Notes: generated by a model from the sequence alone, not told the origin. A DNA stretch of 64,000 nt from an uncultured archaeon (GCA_963817525.1 CAWFOU010000007.1:896001-960000); one strand, 5' to 3'. Shown: positions 40,578 through 50,288, numbered from the stretch's first letter. Numbers and translations: made by a program.

Positions 40578-40766
40578 CAGGTCGAGGGAGAGCCCGCCTT
40601 CGCGCTAACGACAACCAGCCGAGTCTCTCCATCCCCGCTTATCTCAAACGTGTAATTGGAGCGTCGGTTTAGTTAAGCCCTCGGGTTGAGATGTGGGGGA
40701 AGGTTTACCTCGTAAACCATCAGCTTATATCGATTGACGAGACCTCGGCGTCGGAAGCCAGAACTG

Positions 40767-42317
40767 ATGCAAAAGGAAAGCGCGGCAAGAGAGCGCAGCC
40801 GTCTTTCCACGGGGGTCGAGGGCCTGGATGGGTTGCTCTCGGGCGGTCTCCCGGAGGGAAGCATGATCGTGGTGAGCGGGCGACCGGGGACGGGTAAGAC
40901 GTTGCTTGCCTCGCAGTTCCTCTACGAAGGAGCGACCCATCGTGAGATGAGCCTCTACGTCTCCTTTGCGGAGACGACGGACCAGTTCCTTGCCAACATG
41001 GAGCAGTTCGGGCTGCGGTTCGGCAGGCTGATGAAGGAGCAGACATTCGCCTTCATGGACCTTACCGCCCTTGCTCCAGAAGGGGTCTCCGACGCACTCG
41101 ACTTGATAGTGGAACAGGTCGCGATCACAAAGGCGAAGCGGCTCGTCATCGACTCTTTCTCCTCGCTCGCGCAAGCCTTCGACAAGCTGATAGACGCGAG
41201 AATAGCGCTTCACGTAGTGTTCGGGAAGCTCGTGCACGACCTCGGATGCACGACGATGGTGTTGACGGAGATGCCCTTCGGCGAGGACAGGATCGGGCTG
41301 GGAATCGAGGAGTTTGTCGCAGACGGGATCATCGTGATGGACGTGGAGTCACGGAAAGGGAACCCGAGGCGCGCCATCAGCATAAGAAAGATGAGGGGCA
41401 CCGACATAACCCTCCGCCCCAGCTCCTACGAGATCAACAAGGGCGGGATAACCGTCTTCCCCGCGATTGCGCCCATGCGTAAGCTGAGCGTCCGGAGCAC
41501 TAGGGTCCCCACGGGGATTCCTGGATTCGATGCGCTCGTGGAGGGCGGGCTGTTGGAGAGGAGCGTCACCGGATTGGTGGGGGCCGCCGGGACCGGAAAG
41601 ACCACCTTCGGGATACAGTTCGTCTACTCCGGAGCCAAGGACTTTCGAGAAAAGGGGTTGTTCCTGTCATTCAGCGAATCGAGCGACCAGATAGGGCTCG
41701 TCGCCCGCAAGCTGGGGATGAGCCGCCTTGACGACCTGCAGAGGCGCGGAATGTTGAGGATGGAGACCATCATACCGGAGCTCTACACCCTTGAGGGGCT
41801 GGTGGCCCTTCTGCAGAGGCTTCTGGAGGAGGCCAACCCAAGGCGCGTCGTGCTCGACGACGTGACTGCGCTTGAAGCCATAACCGACGAAGACGAGTTC
41901 TATCGTCTGCTGAACACGATGGCGAAGCTGACCCAGCAGAAGGGCGCGACGCTGGTTATCTCGATCACCACCAACGAGCTGGCCGGAACCTCGATCACAG
42001 GAAAGTCGGTCTCCACCGTGATGGACGGCATCGTAATGCTCCGCTATGTTGAGCTGGAGGGTGCGATGGCCAGGACGATGGTCGTCCTCAAGTTGCGCGC
42101 GACGAAGCACGACAATTCGATTAGGAAGTTCGTCATAGCCAAGGGGGGGATCGAGGTTGAATCGGCTTTCCGGGGCTATTCGGGTTTGATGTCGGGCGAG
42201 GCCAGGCGGATGCTCGCGGATTTTGAGGAGGGAGAGGAAAAGATTGCTGCGAGGGAGACGGTCAGGAAGTTGGAGAGAAGGAAGGCGTTCGACAAGAGAA
42301 TTGAGGCAAAGGGGTGA
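40767..42317 (+). CDS. Double-domain KaiC-family ATPase
   Basis: Two RecA domains: GRPGTGKT/VIDS/KMRG and GAAGTGKT/VLDD/KLRA; SVSTVMDGIVML in the second domain. Confidence 0.92.
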   Translation: MQKESAARERSRLSTGVEGLDGLLSGGLPEGSMIVVSGRPGTGKTLLASQFLYEGATHREMSLYVSFAETTDQFLANMEQFGLRFGRLMKEQTFAFMDLTALAPEGVSDALDLIVEQVAITKAKRLVIDSFSSLAQAFDKLIDARIALHVVFGKLVHDLGCTTMVLTEMPFGEDRIGLGIEEFVADGIIVMDVESRKGNPRRAISIRKMRGTDITLRPSSYEINKGGITVFPAIAPMRKLSVRSTRVPTGIPGFDALVEGGLLERSVTGLVGAAGTGKTTFGIQFVYSGAKDFREKGLFLSFSESSDQIGLVARKLGMSRLDDLQRRGMLRMETIIPELYTLEGLVALLQRLLEEANPRRVVLDDVTALEAITDEDEFYRLLNTMAKLTQQKGATLVISITTNELAGTSITGKSVSTVMDGIVMLRYVELEGAMARTMVVLKLRATKHDNSIRKFVIAKGGIEVESAFRGYSGLMSGEARRMLADFEEGEEKIAARETVRKLERRKAFDKRIEAKG

Positions 42318-42324
42318 GGCGTTT

Positions 42325-42681
42325 GTGAGCGAAGCCAATGGGGAGGGTTCCGATTACAGGACCATCTACCAGAATGCGACCACTTTTGCGTTTCAAGCCC
42401 TAGGAAGCCAGATCTCAAGGGTAGTCGCAAACTACGTTTCGAGAAAGTACGGGATGACTATAGCTGACACCTTCTCAAAGCCGGAGTCGCTGGCCGAGGC
42501 GCTCGAAGGCACTCTGGGTGCGGGCGGACTGCTGATCGAGCGGCGAATCGTAAAGTCAATCTACCTTCAGCTCTCATCGCCCCTGAGCGAATCCGACATT
42601 CGGCTGAGAACGAGCCAGGATTTCGAGAGATATGTCGTCGAATCTCAGGCACTTCTCCAAAAGAATCACAGACACGAGTGA
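42325..42681 (+). CDS. Small helical KaiC-associated protein (DUF3227-like)
   Basis: ALGSQ..V..Y...PESLAEALEGTLGAGGLLIERRIV, the same pattern as 38144-38449. Confidence 0.7.
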   Translation: MSEANGEGSDYRTIYQNATTFAFQALGSQISRVVANYVSRKYGMTIADTFSKPESLAEALEGTLGAGGLLIERRIVKSIYLQLSSPLSESDIRLRTSQDFERYVVESQALLQKNHRHE

Positions 42682-42725
42682 ACGTAAAATCGGTCCTCTT
42701 CGGCCTTGAACCTAGCAGGGAGCAC

Positions 42726-43301
42726 CTAACTACTCTTTTCTTCTTCGTGATTGGCAAGCACGGTGCAGCCGAATGTCGATATCTCGGCGCTCGTCTTCAA
42801 GCCCAGAAACGAGGAGAGCAGGCTTGAGATGAACTCCGAGATGAATATCGACCACTTTATGCCCATGTCCTGCTTTACCAGGACTTCCACACCGCCGTCC
42901 TCCCTCCTGAGGGTCTTCACGTCGCCCCAGTGCATGTAGTGATCCAACATGTCGAGGAACTTGAACAGCGTCTCAGGGTCGAGGTTTCCAAAACGGAACT
43001 TGAGGAAGTCCCGCGTTGACACCACGGCAATGCTCCTAGCGATGTCGCCGGTCTTCTCCTCGTCAAGGTCCTCGATCATGGCTATCAGGACCAGCCTGTC
43101 TAGGGTGACGAACCCGCTCCCTTTGGCGGCGTAGTTCGACCAGTCGAAGTACTCCCTCAATAGGCGGTTTATGAAACTGCTCGGAGTGATCCCCTGCTTG
43201 TCTGCCTGCGAGACCACGGCCTCGTCCAATGCCTCGGTTATCTTGAACGCCCTTGTGACCTTCTTCCCCGCCGACCGCGCGGACGCTCGGTGGCCGTCCA
43301 T
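42726..43301 (-). CDS. Ribbon-helix-helix protein with archaeal output-type C-domain
   Basis: VTRAFKI...L...A.KQGITPSSFINRLLREY; QDMGIKWSIF. Confidence 0.7.
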   Translation of the reverse strand: MDGHRASARSAGKKVTRAFKITEALDEAVVSQADKQGITPSSFINRLLREYFDWSNYAAKGSGFVTLDRLVLIAMIEDLDEEKTGDIARSIAVVSTRDFLKFRFGNLDPETLFKFLDMLDHYMHWGDVKTLRREDGGVEVLVKQDMGIKWSIFISEFISSLLSSFLGLKTSAEISTFGCTVLANHEEEKSS

Positions 43302-43395
43302 CTCGACCGCCGACGGCGAACAGGCCCATTAAACATTGCTTCAGGTTACCGACGACTCGTCCAAGGCGAGGGCTAGCCTCCTGCGCGCCGGTCAG

Positions 43396-44913
43396 CTAAG
43401 GTGACATTTCCAACGCGTAGACCGTCTCGTCCGCGGCAAACAGCAGGAGGCCGTCCCCCACCGAGGGCGTGGAGAAGTGCGCCAGAGAGTCGGGGACCAT
43501 GTCGCTGCTCAGGTTGACCTGGGCCATCAGAGTGCCGTGCTCCGGATTGAGAGCAAACAGGGTCCCGTTGTAGATGTCGACCGTCCAAACGGCCCCGCCC
43601 GCGACGATGGGAGGTCCTGCGTAGAAATCAGTGTAGTTCCAGAGCGACGTCAGGCTCGGGTGGGCCCCTCCGGTCACCGCGACGGCGTGGATGCCGTCTA
43701 TGCACGGGATGTAGACTATCCCCGAGGCGTACGCGGTGCTCCCCCAGGCGCCGCCTTCGCAGACGGTAAGGCTGGCCAGCTGGCCTCCGATTCCTCCCAA
43801 GTCAGAGGAGTTCAACAGGTAGCCGATTCCCTCCTTGCCTATGGAGAATATCAGGTTCCCGGGGAGCAGCGTGGCTCCTGTCGTGCTGAGGTCCAAGTCG
43901 TCTTGGTCGAGCGTGAGGAAGTTGGTGGGCGAGAAGTATCCGACGACCGAGAGGTCGGGGGTCAGCTTGATCACGCTGACCCCGTAGTCGAAGGGCCCGG
44001 TCGTGTCGCTGTTCCCAGTCACCGCGTAGAGGAACCCAGAGCTGTCGACGGACAGCCCCTCAGCCTCCCAGATGTCGGCTTCCCCGCTCGACGGGACCTC
44101 GTAGGAGTAGGTGGTCCCATTCCCGTTGTCCGCGTATGCGACCACCCAGCCATGAGGTATCCCCGTGCAGACGTAGGAGAACCCGCCGAAGGCAACGTAG
44201 ACCATCCCGTTCGCCAGGGTGAGCGCCGCCCGCTGGTCCTGGTTGGTGTAGTTGAGGCCGGTCTCGCTCACCATCGTGCTCCACCTCACCTGGCCGTCAC
44301 CCGTGCTCAGGGCGAACAACCGATAGCCGGTGTCATTGAGCAGGGCAACGACGTAGATGGTGCCCGTCGCGGGGTCGATCACAGGCGTTCCGGTGATTCC
44401 GGCCAACGGGTTGATGCTCGGAATAGCGCCATTGTCGCATTCGTAGGGAGGCGCTGTGGTGTTGGCGGGAGTCCCGAGATGCTCCGACCACTCCACCGCG
44501 CCGTCGGTCGCCGAGAGGGCGTAGACCGTGTCGTTCTCGGTAGCGACGTAGACTGAGCCGTTGAAGGACAGCGGCTCGGCATAGACCGGCCCGTCGACCA
44601 CGCGGTTCCACTTGACCGACGGAGAGGTGACGTTCGCGAGAGACGTATCGTACCCGTCTCGCGCGTTATCGGCGTGATAAGTGAGCCAATCCCCCGCCAG
44701 CGAGACCGAGCTCGTCGTGTTGCTCGTGGACGCGGCCGCCGAGGAGCTGGTTTGCGATGAGGAGGTGGCTTGCGATGAGGAGCTGGCTTGCGATGAGGAG
44801 CCGGCTTGCGATGAGGAGGACGTGGACGAGGACGTGGACGAGGACGTGCTCTCCTTTAGGGACGAAGGCGTCGCGAGGACACCGGATACCAAGATAAGCG
44901 CCACGACAGCCAC
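43396..44913 (-). CDS. Membrane-anchored PQQ-like beta-propeller protein
   Basis: DWLTYH.DNARDG, repeated VYAL..DG..W and TPVID. The frame stays open to about 44970 (RRKKTG plus TM), so the true start may be upstream. Confidence 0.85.
   Translation of the reverse strand: MAVVALILVSGVLATPSSLKESTSSSTSSSTSSSSQAGSSSQASSSSQATSSSQTSSSAAASTSNTTSSVSLAGDWLTYHADNARDGYDTSLANVTSPSVKWNRVVDGPVYAEPLSFNGSVYVATENDTVYALSATDGAVEWSEHLGTPANTTAPPYECDNGAIPSINPLAGITGTPVIDPATGTIYVVALLNDTGYRLFALSTGDGQVRWSTMVSETGLNYTNQDQRAALTLANGMVYVAFGGFSYVCTGIPHGWVVAYADNGNGTTYSYEVPSSGEADIWEAEGLSVDSSGFLYAVTGNSDTTGPFDYGVSVIKLTPDLSVVGYFSPTNFLTLDQDDLDLSTTGATLLPGNLIFSIGKEGIGYLLNSSDLGGIGGQLASLTVCEGGAWGSTAYASGIVYIPCIDGIHAVAVTGGAHPSLTSLWNYTDFYAGPPIVAGGAVWTVDIYNGTLFALNPEHGTLMAQVNLSSDMVPDSLAHFSTPSVGDGLLLFAADETVYALEMSP
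44741..44848. repeat. Coding tandem repeats (18-bp x4, 12-bp x2-3) encoding a Ser-rich linker
   Basis: gaggagctggcttgcgat-like units followed by gaggacgtggac units. Confidence 0.85.
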
Positions 44914-45097
44914 AACAATGACCGTCCCCGCGACATAACCTGTCTTCTTACGCCTGTTTGAGGTTGTCAGCGGAAATCAATCTCTCGAAGCCTTTATGTT
45001 CGTTGATAAGGATTGTTCCAGACAAAAGAGAAATCACCCGCTCATACCCCCAAAGAGGGGGCGTGTTGGCGTGGATAGGACCGGGCGCGCGGCGACC

Positions 45098-45280
45098 CTA
45101 CGCTTGTGGGGTCGTTGTCGGCGCCGGCGATATCCAGGACGCGTCCTGGACCGGGTTGTTCACTTTTGCGGCGTCCGTGTTGCTCGCGTCATGGACTAGG
45201 TTGTGCTTGGCGAAAGTGTCCTCGTCTACGAAGACCGCTCCGCATGTAGTGCATTTGTATTCAGGTGACTGGGTTGCCAT
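45098..45280 (-). CDS. Small C2H2 zinc-finger protein
   Basis: YKCTTCGAVF....FAKHNLVH. Confidence 0.75.
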   Translation of the reverse strand: MATQSPEYKCTTCGAVFVDEDTFAKHNLVHDASNTDAAKVNNPVQDASWISPAPTTTPQA

Positions 45281-45359
45281 AGCTTGCGACGGGCCCCAGC
45301 CTCATGCGCATTAGCCTACCCTGGTCCGGACCGCTTCTATGTAGCGGAGAACCCTTTCT

Positions 45360-45722
45360 CTATTTTCCGCCGTTGTGGCGGGAGGTGTGCCTCACAACGC
45401 GCCGGCTGCCCCTGGTGATCGCGAAGAGCAGGATTGCCCCTACCCCGGCCATCCCGAGGCCGACGACGCCCCAAGCGGAAGCGGGGCCGACGATCGGGCT
45501 CAGGTACCTGACGAGGCCGACCAGCGAGAATATGAGGCCGGCCGAGACCATCACCGCCCCCAGAAGGCCGATGGCCATCCCCTTGACGGCCCGCCGTACG
45601 AGACCGTCCGCGTAGGCCTCGATCTCTTGCCTCGCAGCGACGGCGTAGTCCTCGAGGTCCCTCTTCACGCGCTCCAGCACGTCGTCCACAAGGTCTTCGA
45701 CCACCTTGTAGACGAACGACAT
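45360..45722 (-). CDS. YqjE/holin-superfamily-like two-TM protein
   Basis: Acidic helix, two TM segments and a basic tail; 1 bp downstream of the DUF883-like gene. Confidence 0.65.
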   Translation of the reverse strand: MSFVYKVVEDLVDDVLERVKRDLEDYAVAARQEIEAYADGLVRRAVKGMAIGLLGAVMVSAGLIFSLVGLVRYLSPIVGPASAWGVVGLGMAGVGAILLFAITRGSRRVVRHTSRHNGGK

Positions 45723-45723
45723 T

Positions 45724-46047
45724 CTAGTCCTTGCTCTTTCGACCCAGAAACACGCCCAGGAGGACGCCCGCTATCACGCCAGCTCCGAGGGCGGCTCCCA
45801 CCGATGAGAACGGCTTCTGCCTGATTGCCTCTCTTCCTGGCTCGACGGTCTCGTCGATCTGCCTTCGCAGGCTTGAGAGCCCTTGCTCGAGCTCCTTCTT
45901 CAGAAAGTCAATGGACTCGTCTACGGCGCCGCTCACACCCTCACCTGCTTCCTCCCGGATGTCTTCGATTCGTCGCTCAAAGTCCCTCTTGAGCTCCTTT
46001 ATGCTGTCGTCCGTCGACTGGTGCTTACCGTTGGTCCTCGTTGACAA
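45724..46047 (-). CDS. ElaB/YqjD (DUF883)-like tail-anchored protein
   Basis: Coiled-coil body, then IRQKPFSSVGAALGAGVIAGVLLG..RK. Confidence 0.8.
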   Translation of the reverse strand: MSTRTNGKHQSTDDSIKELKRDFERRIEDIREEAGEGVSGAVDESIDFLKKELEQGLSSLRRQIDETVEPGREAIRQKPFSSVGAALGAGVIAGVLLGVFLGRKSKD

Positions 46048-46162
46048 AGTTCATCAGTAGAAAAAGGCGTCTGCATATTTAGCGGGATAGAAGCTTTCTA
46101 CTGGTGGAATCCTTCATCGGCAGAGCTGACCTTGACCGGGCGAGTCAGTCACGGAGGGTCGA

Positions 46163-46492
46163 CTACGGCTCGAGTCCCTTCTCGTCGATGCTGAAAATCT
46201 CGGCTAGCTCGTTGTAGGACCGCATGAACTTCTTTCCCTTGTCCGTGGTCTTATAGAACGTCCTCTTTGGGTCCAGCGGGTCCTGCATAACCTCGATGAG
46301 ACCGCGGCTCACCACGAAGTCAAGATACTGCTGCACCTGTTTGGAGTTCAGGTTGCACTTGTACATTACGTGCGTCTTCAAAGTCTCCTGGTCGCATACC
46401 GTGAGAACGAGGTCGATTATCTCCAGCCAACCCCTGTTTCCCCAGCCAAGGACGCTCCTGCTCCCCATCTCTCTGGGGTTCTGTTCCATCAT
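46163..46492 (-). CDS. Archaeal winged-helix protein (HTH_45-like)
   Basis: RGWLEII..L, KTHVMYKCNLN and YKTTDKGKKF. Confidence 0.85.
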   Translation of the reverse strand: MMEQNPREMGSRSVLGWGNRGWLEIIDLVLTVCDQETLKTHVMYKCNLNSKQVQQYLDFVVSRGLIEVMQDPLDPKRTFYKTTDKGKKFMRSYNELAEIFSIDEKGLEP

Positions 46493-46494
46493 TC

Positions 46495-47202
46495 CTACCT
46501 TTTATTCCACACATGTTCGACCATTCCCTCCGGCTCCGGAACCCGAGCCGCAGAACGTGCCGCCTCTGAGACCTTCATCAACCTGAATTGCTTGTCCAGG
46601 CACAGCTTCACGACCTCGAAACTCTCGACGTAGTTGATGTGGGAGTTCAGCCTGCTCTGGAGCGCCCGGTACTCGGCGAGCCCCTTGATCGCGTTCGCCT
46701 TGAGGTATAGCTTCGCGTTCTGCGACCAGAATATCTCTATCAGCTCTACCTTCTCGTTGATCACGTCGGTGATGTCGTAGAACACCTGGGGCTCGAATTG
46801 CACGGTGAGCGGTATCTCGTAGGTTAGGATGTTGGAGGAGTTCCTTGCCGCCTCGAGAGTGGCCGTCCCGATGGCCCGGTGGTCATGGTGGACGTCCTTC
46901 TTCGAATGGGTGAAGATGACGTCGGGGTCCGCGAAGTTGACGTATGCCTCGATGCTGTTGATCAGCTCGGGACCCGGAGTGAGCTTCGTGTCCTCGTAGT
47001 CGTCGATCTTGAGGTCCTTGGCCCCGATGAACTTGGCAGATCTTTTGAGCTCCTCCGTCCTCTCGGTTGGTTTGCCGGACATGCCGCCCCTCGTCAGCGT
47101 GTACATGAACACGTTGTGGCCCTCTCTGGCGGCTTTGATGAGGGTCCCGCCGCATCCCAGCTCGATGTCGTCAGGATGGGCCCCTATCGCAAGGATGTTC
47201 AT
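46495..47202 (-). CDS. PIG-L family N-deacetylase
   Basis: AHPDDIELGCGG and DVHHDHR. Confidence 0.92.
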   Translation of the reverse strand: MNILAIGAHPDDIELGCGGTLIKAAREGHNVFMYTLTRGGMSGKPTERTEELKRSAKFIGAKDLKIDDYEDTKLTPGPELINSIEAYVNFADPDVIFTHSKKDVHHDHRAIGTATLEAARNSSNILTYEIPLTVQFEPQVFYDITDVINEKVELIEIFWSQNAKLYLKANAIKGLAEYRALQSRLNSHINYVESFEVVKLCLDKQFRLMKVSEAARSAARVPEPEGMVEHVWNKR

Positions 47203-47287
47203 CGAAAGTGGACTCCACGTTGTCTTATATTGCTGGTGGAATATTGTTAGCTAGGATTGGTGTAATCCGGCCGCCGCGTCCTGGCTC

Positions 47288-47992
47288 TCAAGCCCTCACG
47301 AGAGGCGTCCGGGTCCCCGCGTCGGGCGTCTTCATGCAGTCGGGTCCCAAGTTCGAGAGCATGTCGATTATCGACAGGTCAGGGACGAAGTCCGCAGTAA
47401 AGCGCTGCCTATAGGGAAGCGGCCGATAGTTCTGGTATACGACACTCAGGCCGTTCTTCGAGAAGGAGGCCTCATCCAGGTAGTTCTTCCCACCGCTGCC
47501 AGAGATGTACGTGTCGGCGCCCACGGCCTTGCAGGCGCTGATCAGCCTGTGCGTCGCCTTCCCGGTCACCTTCAGTTCTGACTCTCTCAGCATGGGGATC
47601 TTGATGCCCAACCAGTTCGCCGTCGCCTTTACGAGCTCGAAATCAAGGTCGAAGAGGAATTCCCAGTCCCTGCTGTAGACGGACCGGAGATAATCATCGT
47701 AGAGGTGGAAGAACGGGGCGTTGCAGTAGGAGGTCCGAATCTTCTTGAGGTGCTCAGGGCGCCAGTCGATCGAGTTGTTGATTCGCACGAGCTTGTTCGG
47801 CTGAAACTTGTCGTCCTTGACGATGGGCACGGAGATCCAGATGGGCCCCTGGGGGACGAGTATCCGATTCCTGTTGGTGAAGCGCTTGTCGTATTGGACG
47901 TCATCCATTATGACGAAGACGTCGGCCATGCTCAGCTTGTGAAAGAAACCCGGGTAGGGCAGGTACGCCGGCTGGTGGATTGCGACCCTCAT
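47288..47992 (-). CDS. WbqC family protein
   Basis: IHQPAYLPYPGFF.K..ADVF..DDVQY..NRNRI, YISGSGG and LSIID. Confidence 0.92.
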   Translation of the reverse strand: MRVAIHQPAYLPYPGFFHKLSMADVFVIMDDVQYDKRFTNRNRILVPQGPIWISVPIVKDDKFQPNKLVRINNSIDWRPEHLKKIRTSYCNAPFFHLYDDYLRSVYSRDWEFLFDLDFELVKATANWLGIKIPMLRESELKVTGKATHRLISACKAVGADTYISGSGGKNYLDEASFSKNGLSVVYQNYRPLPYRQRFTADFVPDLSIIDMLSNLGPDCMKTPDAGTRTPLVRA

Positions 47993-48019
47993 CTTTCTTC
48001 ACAAAGCCCAGTTTTCGCC

Positions 48020-48964
48020 CTAGACGGTCGCCGGCGGTGGGACAATCTCGAGGCCGAGATCCGTCCCGAGCAGCCCAGTGATCTCAGAAGCTCTCTTTCT
48101 GAGCGTTATCGTGGTGATCCCTGCAGCGAACGCTATCCTGATCTGCGTCGTGTACTGGGATGTCTGGCTCGCCGCCAGGTAGAGCGCCGCGGCTGCGATG
48201 GAGATCGGCCTCTTCCCCGCTAGGAGCGAGTCGTACTTTACCTGCTCCAAGATCTGGATGGCCCGCCTTTCTGTTATCCCACCAAGGCCGGCGCGGCTTG
48301 CTATCCTGGACACCTCGGATGCCGGGTCGAGGGAAGGCATGCGGAGACCCGCGCCCTTCATGAGGACCTTCGAATAGTGCCTGATGCTCTTCCTCTCGTG
48401 GAGGTCAGCTGTGTGCTCGATCTCCTCTGCCGACCGCGGGACGCCGCCCTCCTTGCACGCGAGATATACGGCAGCCTCGGCCAAGCCCACGATTGATCTT
48501 CGTCTGCCGCTTCCTTCCTCGATTCCCTTGCGGTAGATCTCGTAGGCCCTTTCGACGACACCCTTCCCGGCGGCTAACGAACCGCCGATGCGCTGGATCT
48601 CGCTGGCCGCCTTGGTCAGGTTCCTTCGGTTGGAGTCGCTCGCTATGGTCATGTTGTTCAACCGCCTGAGCCGGTTCATGTCTCCAACATCGACGATGTG
48701 CTTCCCTCTCGCGTCGAAGTCGCGGCTGTCTATCCTCGCCGGCAGCGAGACGTAGTACATCATGCTCGAATCCTCGTCCCCGCTCATGGAGCCCGACCTC
48801 TCTGAGCGCGAGCCGTAGGCCGCCGAAAAGGCAAGATCGTCGCTCCTGCTCACGGCCCCGCATGCTCCACAAACCTGCTCCCCCGTTTCGAAGTCTAAAA
48901 CCAAAACGGCCCTGCACTCTCCGCACTGCCCACTCTGCTTCCCTACCGTAGCGCTTACTTGCAC
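48020..48964 (-). CDS. tfb: Transcription initiation factor IIB (TFB) paralogue
   Basis: Zn ribbon CGEC..ETGEQVCGACG and two cyclin repeats (AAVYLACK..PRS; GKRP..AAAALYLA..TQ..IA..AGIT..TLRKR). GTG start about 25 bp after TTTTAT. Confidence 0.88.
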   Translation of the reverse strand: MQVSATVGKQSGQCGECRAVLVLDFETGEQVCGACGAVSRSDDLAFSAAYGSRSERSGSMSGDEDSSMMYYVSLPARIDSRDFDARGKHIVDVGDMNRLRRLNNMTIASDSNRRNLTKAASEIQRIGGSLAAGKGVVERAYEIYRKGIEEGSGRRRSIVGLAEAAVYLACKEGGVPRSAEEIEHTADLHERKSIRHYSKVLMKGAGLRMPSLDPASEVSRIASRAGLGGITERRAIQILEQVKYDSLLAGKRPISIAAAALYLAASQTSQYTTQIRIAFAAGITTITLRKRASEITGLLGTDLGLEIVPPPATV

Positions 48965-49181
48965 AGAATATCCTGCCGCGCCCCTTCCATAAAAGGAGCC
49001 GGGCACACATCTCGATAGGATTTCAGAGTTACAATGCACCTGAACAGGGCTCTGGAGGCCCCTGTGCCGAGAAGAGAAGGCGCCGCACTTTCGACCCCGC
49101 AAAAGCCGACGGGCACAAACAGTTCACTAGAACATAGTCGCATTCCGCTAATATAGAGAAGTGACGGTAAAGTCTTCTAGA

Positions 49182-49487
49182 ATGAAATACAGGAGCAGGA
49201 CCGACATAATCGCGGTGATTTTGCAAGCCTCGGCGAACGGGGCGACAAAGACTAGGTTGATGTATGGCGCGTATCTGTCATACGCCCAAATCAAGGAATA
49301 CTTAGAGTACCTGACAGAGAGGCAAATGATCGCATTCGAGGCTGGGACGCGCGCCTACACGCTCACCGACCTAGGCCTCCGCTTCTTGAAGGCATACCAC
49401 GAAATAAGTGAGATAAGCGGGACGGTCTCTCTCAAGAGCGCCGAGAGTCCAGGTCTGGCCTTGCCTGCGGCCCCCGGCCAACCCTAG
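49182..49487 (+). CDS. Archaeal winged-helix protein (HTH_45-like)
   Basis: MKYRSRTDII..IL..GATKTRLMYGAYLS..YTLTDLG; divergent from tfb. Confidence 0.88.
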   Translation: MKYRSRTDIIAVILQASANGATKTRLMYGAYLSYAQIKEYLEYLTERQMIAFEAGTRAYTLTDLGLRFLKAYHEISEISGTVSLKSAESPGLALPAAPGQP

Positions 49488-49535
49488 CGCGAGGGGGTCG
49501 TCCGTCCGGCGGTCACCGCATCGACGTTCAAAGGC

Positions 49536-50288
49536 CTAGGGCTCGTGGTTGGGGACGGAGACCAAGGGGTTGGGGTATGCGAGGGCCGCAAGAGCGCTCG
49601 CGACAGCGGCCAGATAGGGTGGAAGAGAACCGTAGGGGTTTGGCAGCCCTGCGTCGGTGATGTAGATGTAGCCGACGTGCGGGGACACCAGGGACGGATA
49701 CGACTGGTCGACGCTCTGCACGCCGTAGGCTATTACGGCAAAGTTGGCCTTTGCGTATCGAGAATGCCAGTCTTCTAGACGGGTCATGCTCGGGAGGCCT
49801 TGGTTCTCGTAGATCACAATGGTGTCGACCGTCCCGATGTAGCTGGGCAGGGTGCTAGACCCGGGGTTGCCCACCGTGAAGTCGAGCCCGAGCGACCTTG
49901 AATATGCGCTCAGCTTCGAATAATAGCGCTCTTTGCCCGGGACGTTGGACATCTCGTCGAAGAAGATCCCGGTGATCGGGTACCAGCTCTTGTATTGGTT
50001 TACCATCGACTCGATTGTCGAGATGGGCTTCGACGCGTAACCCGTCGGGACGTAGCCGATGACCGTCACGCCTGCCGCTTGAAGGCCCAGGATGCCCGAG
50101 ACGTAGTTCGGGTCCAACCTCGACCCTGGTCCGCTATCCGGGTTGATTATGGCTACAATGGGGACGCCAGGATTCGCCTCCTTCACGGAGGTCACGCTGG
50201 CCCAGGTGGTTCCCGGATACGTGTAGAGGGGTATCATGATTCCTGTCGTGGAGGCCGAGGCCGAGGAGGGGGCTGATGCTGGGCGCAA
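49536..50288 (-). CDS. Spherulation-specific family 4 (GH135) protein, single domain
   Basis: MIPLY.YP, INPDSGPG, IGYVPTGY, GIFFDE, NPG and IYEN. Confidence 0.88.
   Translation of the reverse strand: MRPASAPSSASASTTGIMIPLYTYPGTTWASVTSVKEANPGVPIVAIINPDSGPGSRLDPNYVSGILGLQAAGVTVIGYVPTGYASKPISTIESMVNQYKSWYPITGIFFDEMSNVPGKERYYSKLSAYSRSLGLDFTVGNPGSSTLPSYIGTVDTIVIYENQGLPSMTRLEDWHSRYAKANFAVIAYGVQSVDQSYPSLVSPHVGYIYITDAGLPNPYGSLPPYLAAVASALAALAYPNPLVSVPNHEP

Noticed and set aside
40767-42317. True circadian clock
   Set aside because: No kaiA or kaiB is in the window, and KaiC homologues are common in archaea without clock function.
44741-44848. Regular short repeats as a CRISPR array
   Set aside because: The units are head-to-tail in multiples of 3 with no spacers, they encode a Ser-rich linker, and no cas genes are present.
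45360-45722. Holin indicating a provirus
   Set aside because: It is paired with a DUF883-like gene as in yqjD-yqjE, and there are no viral genes nearby.
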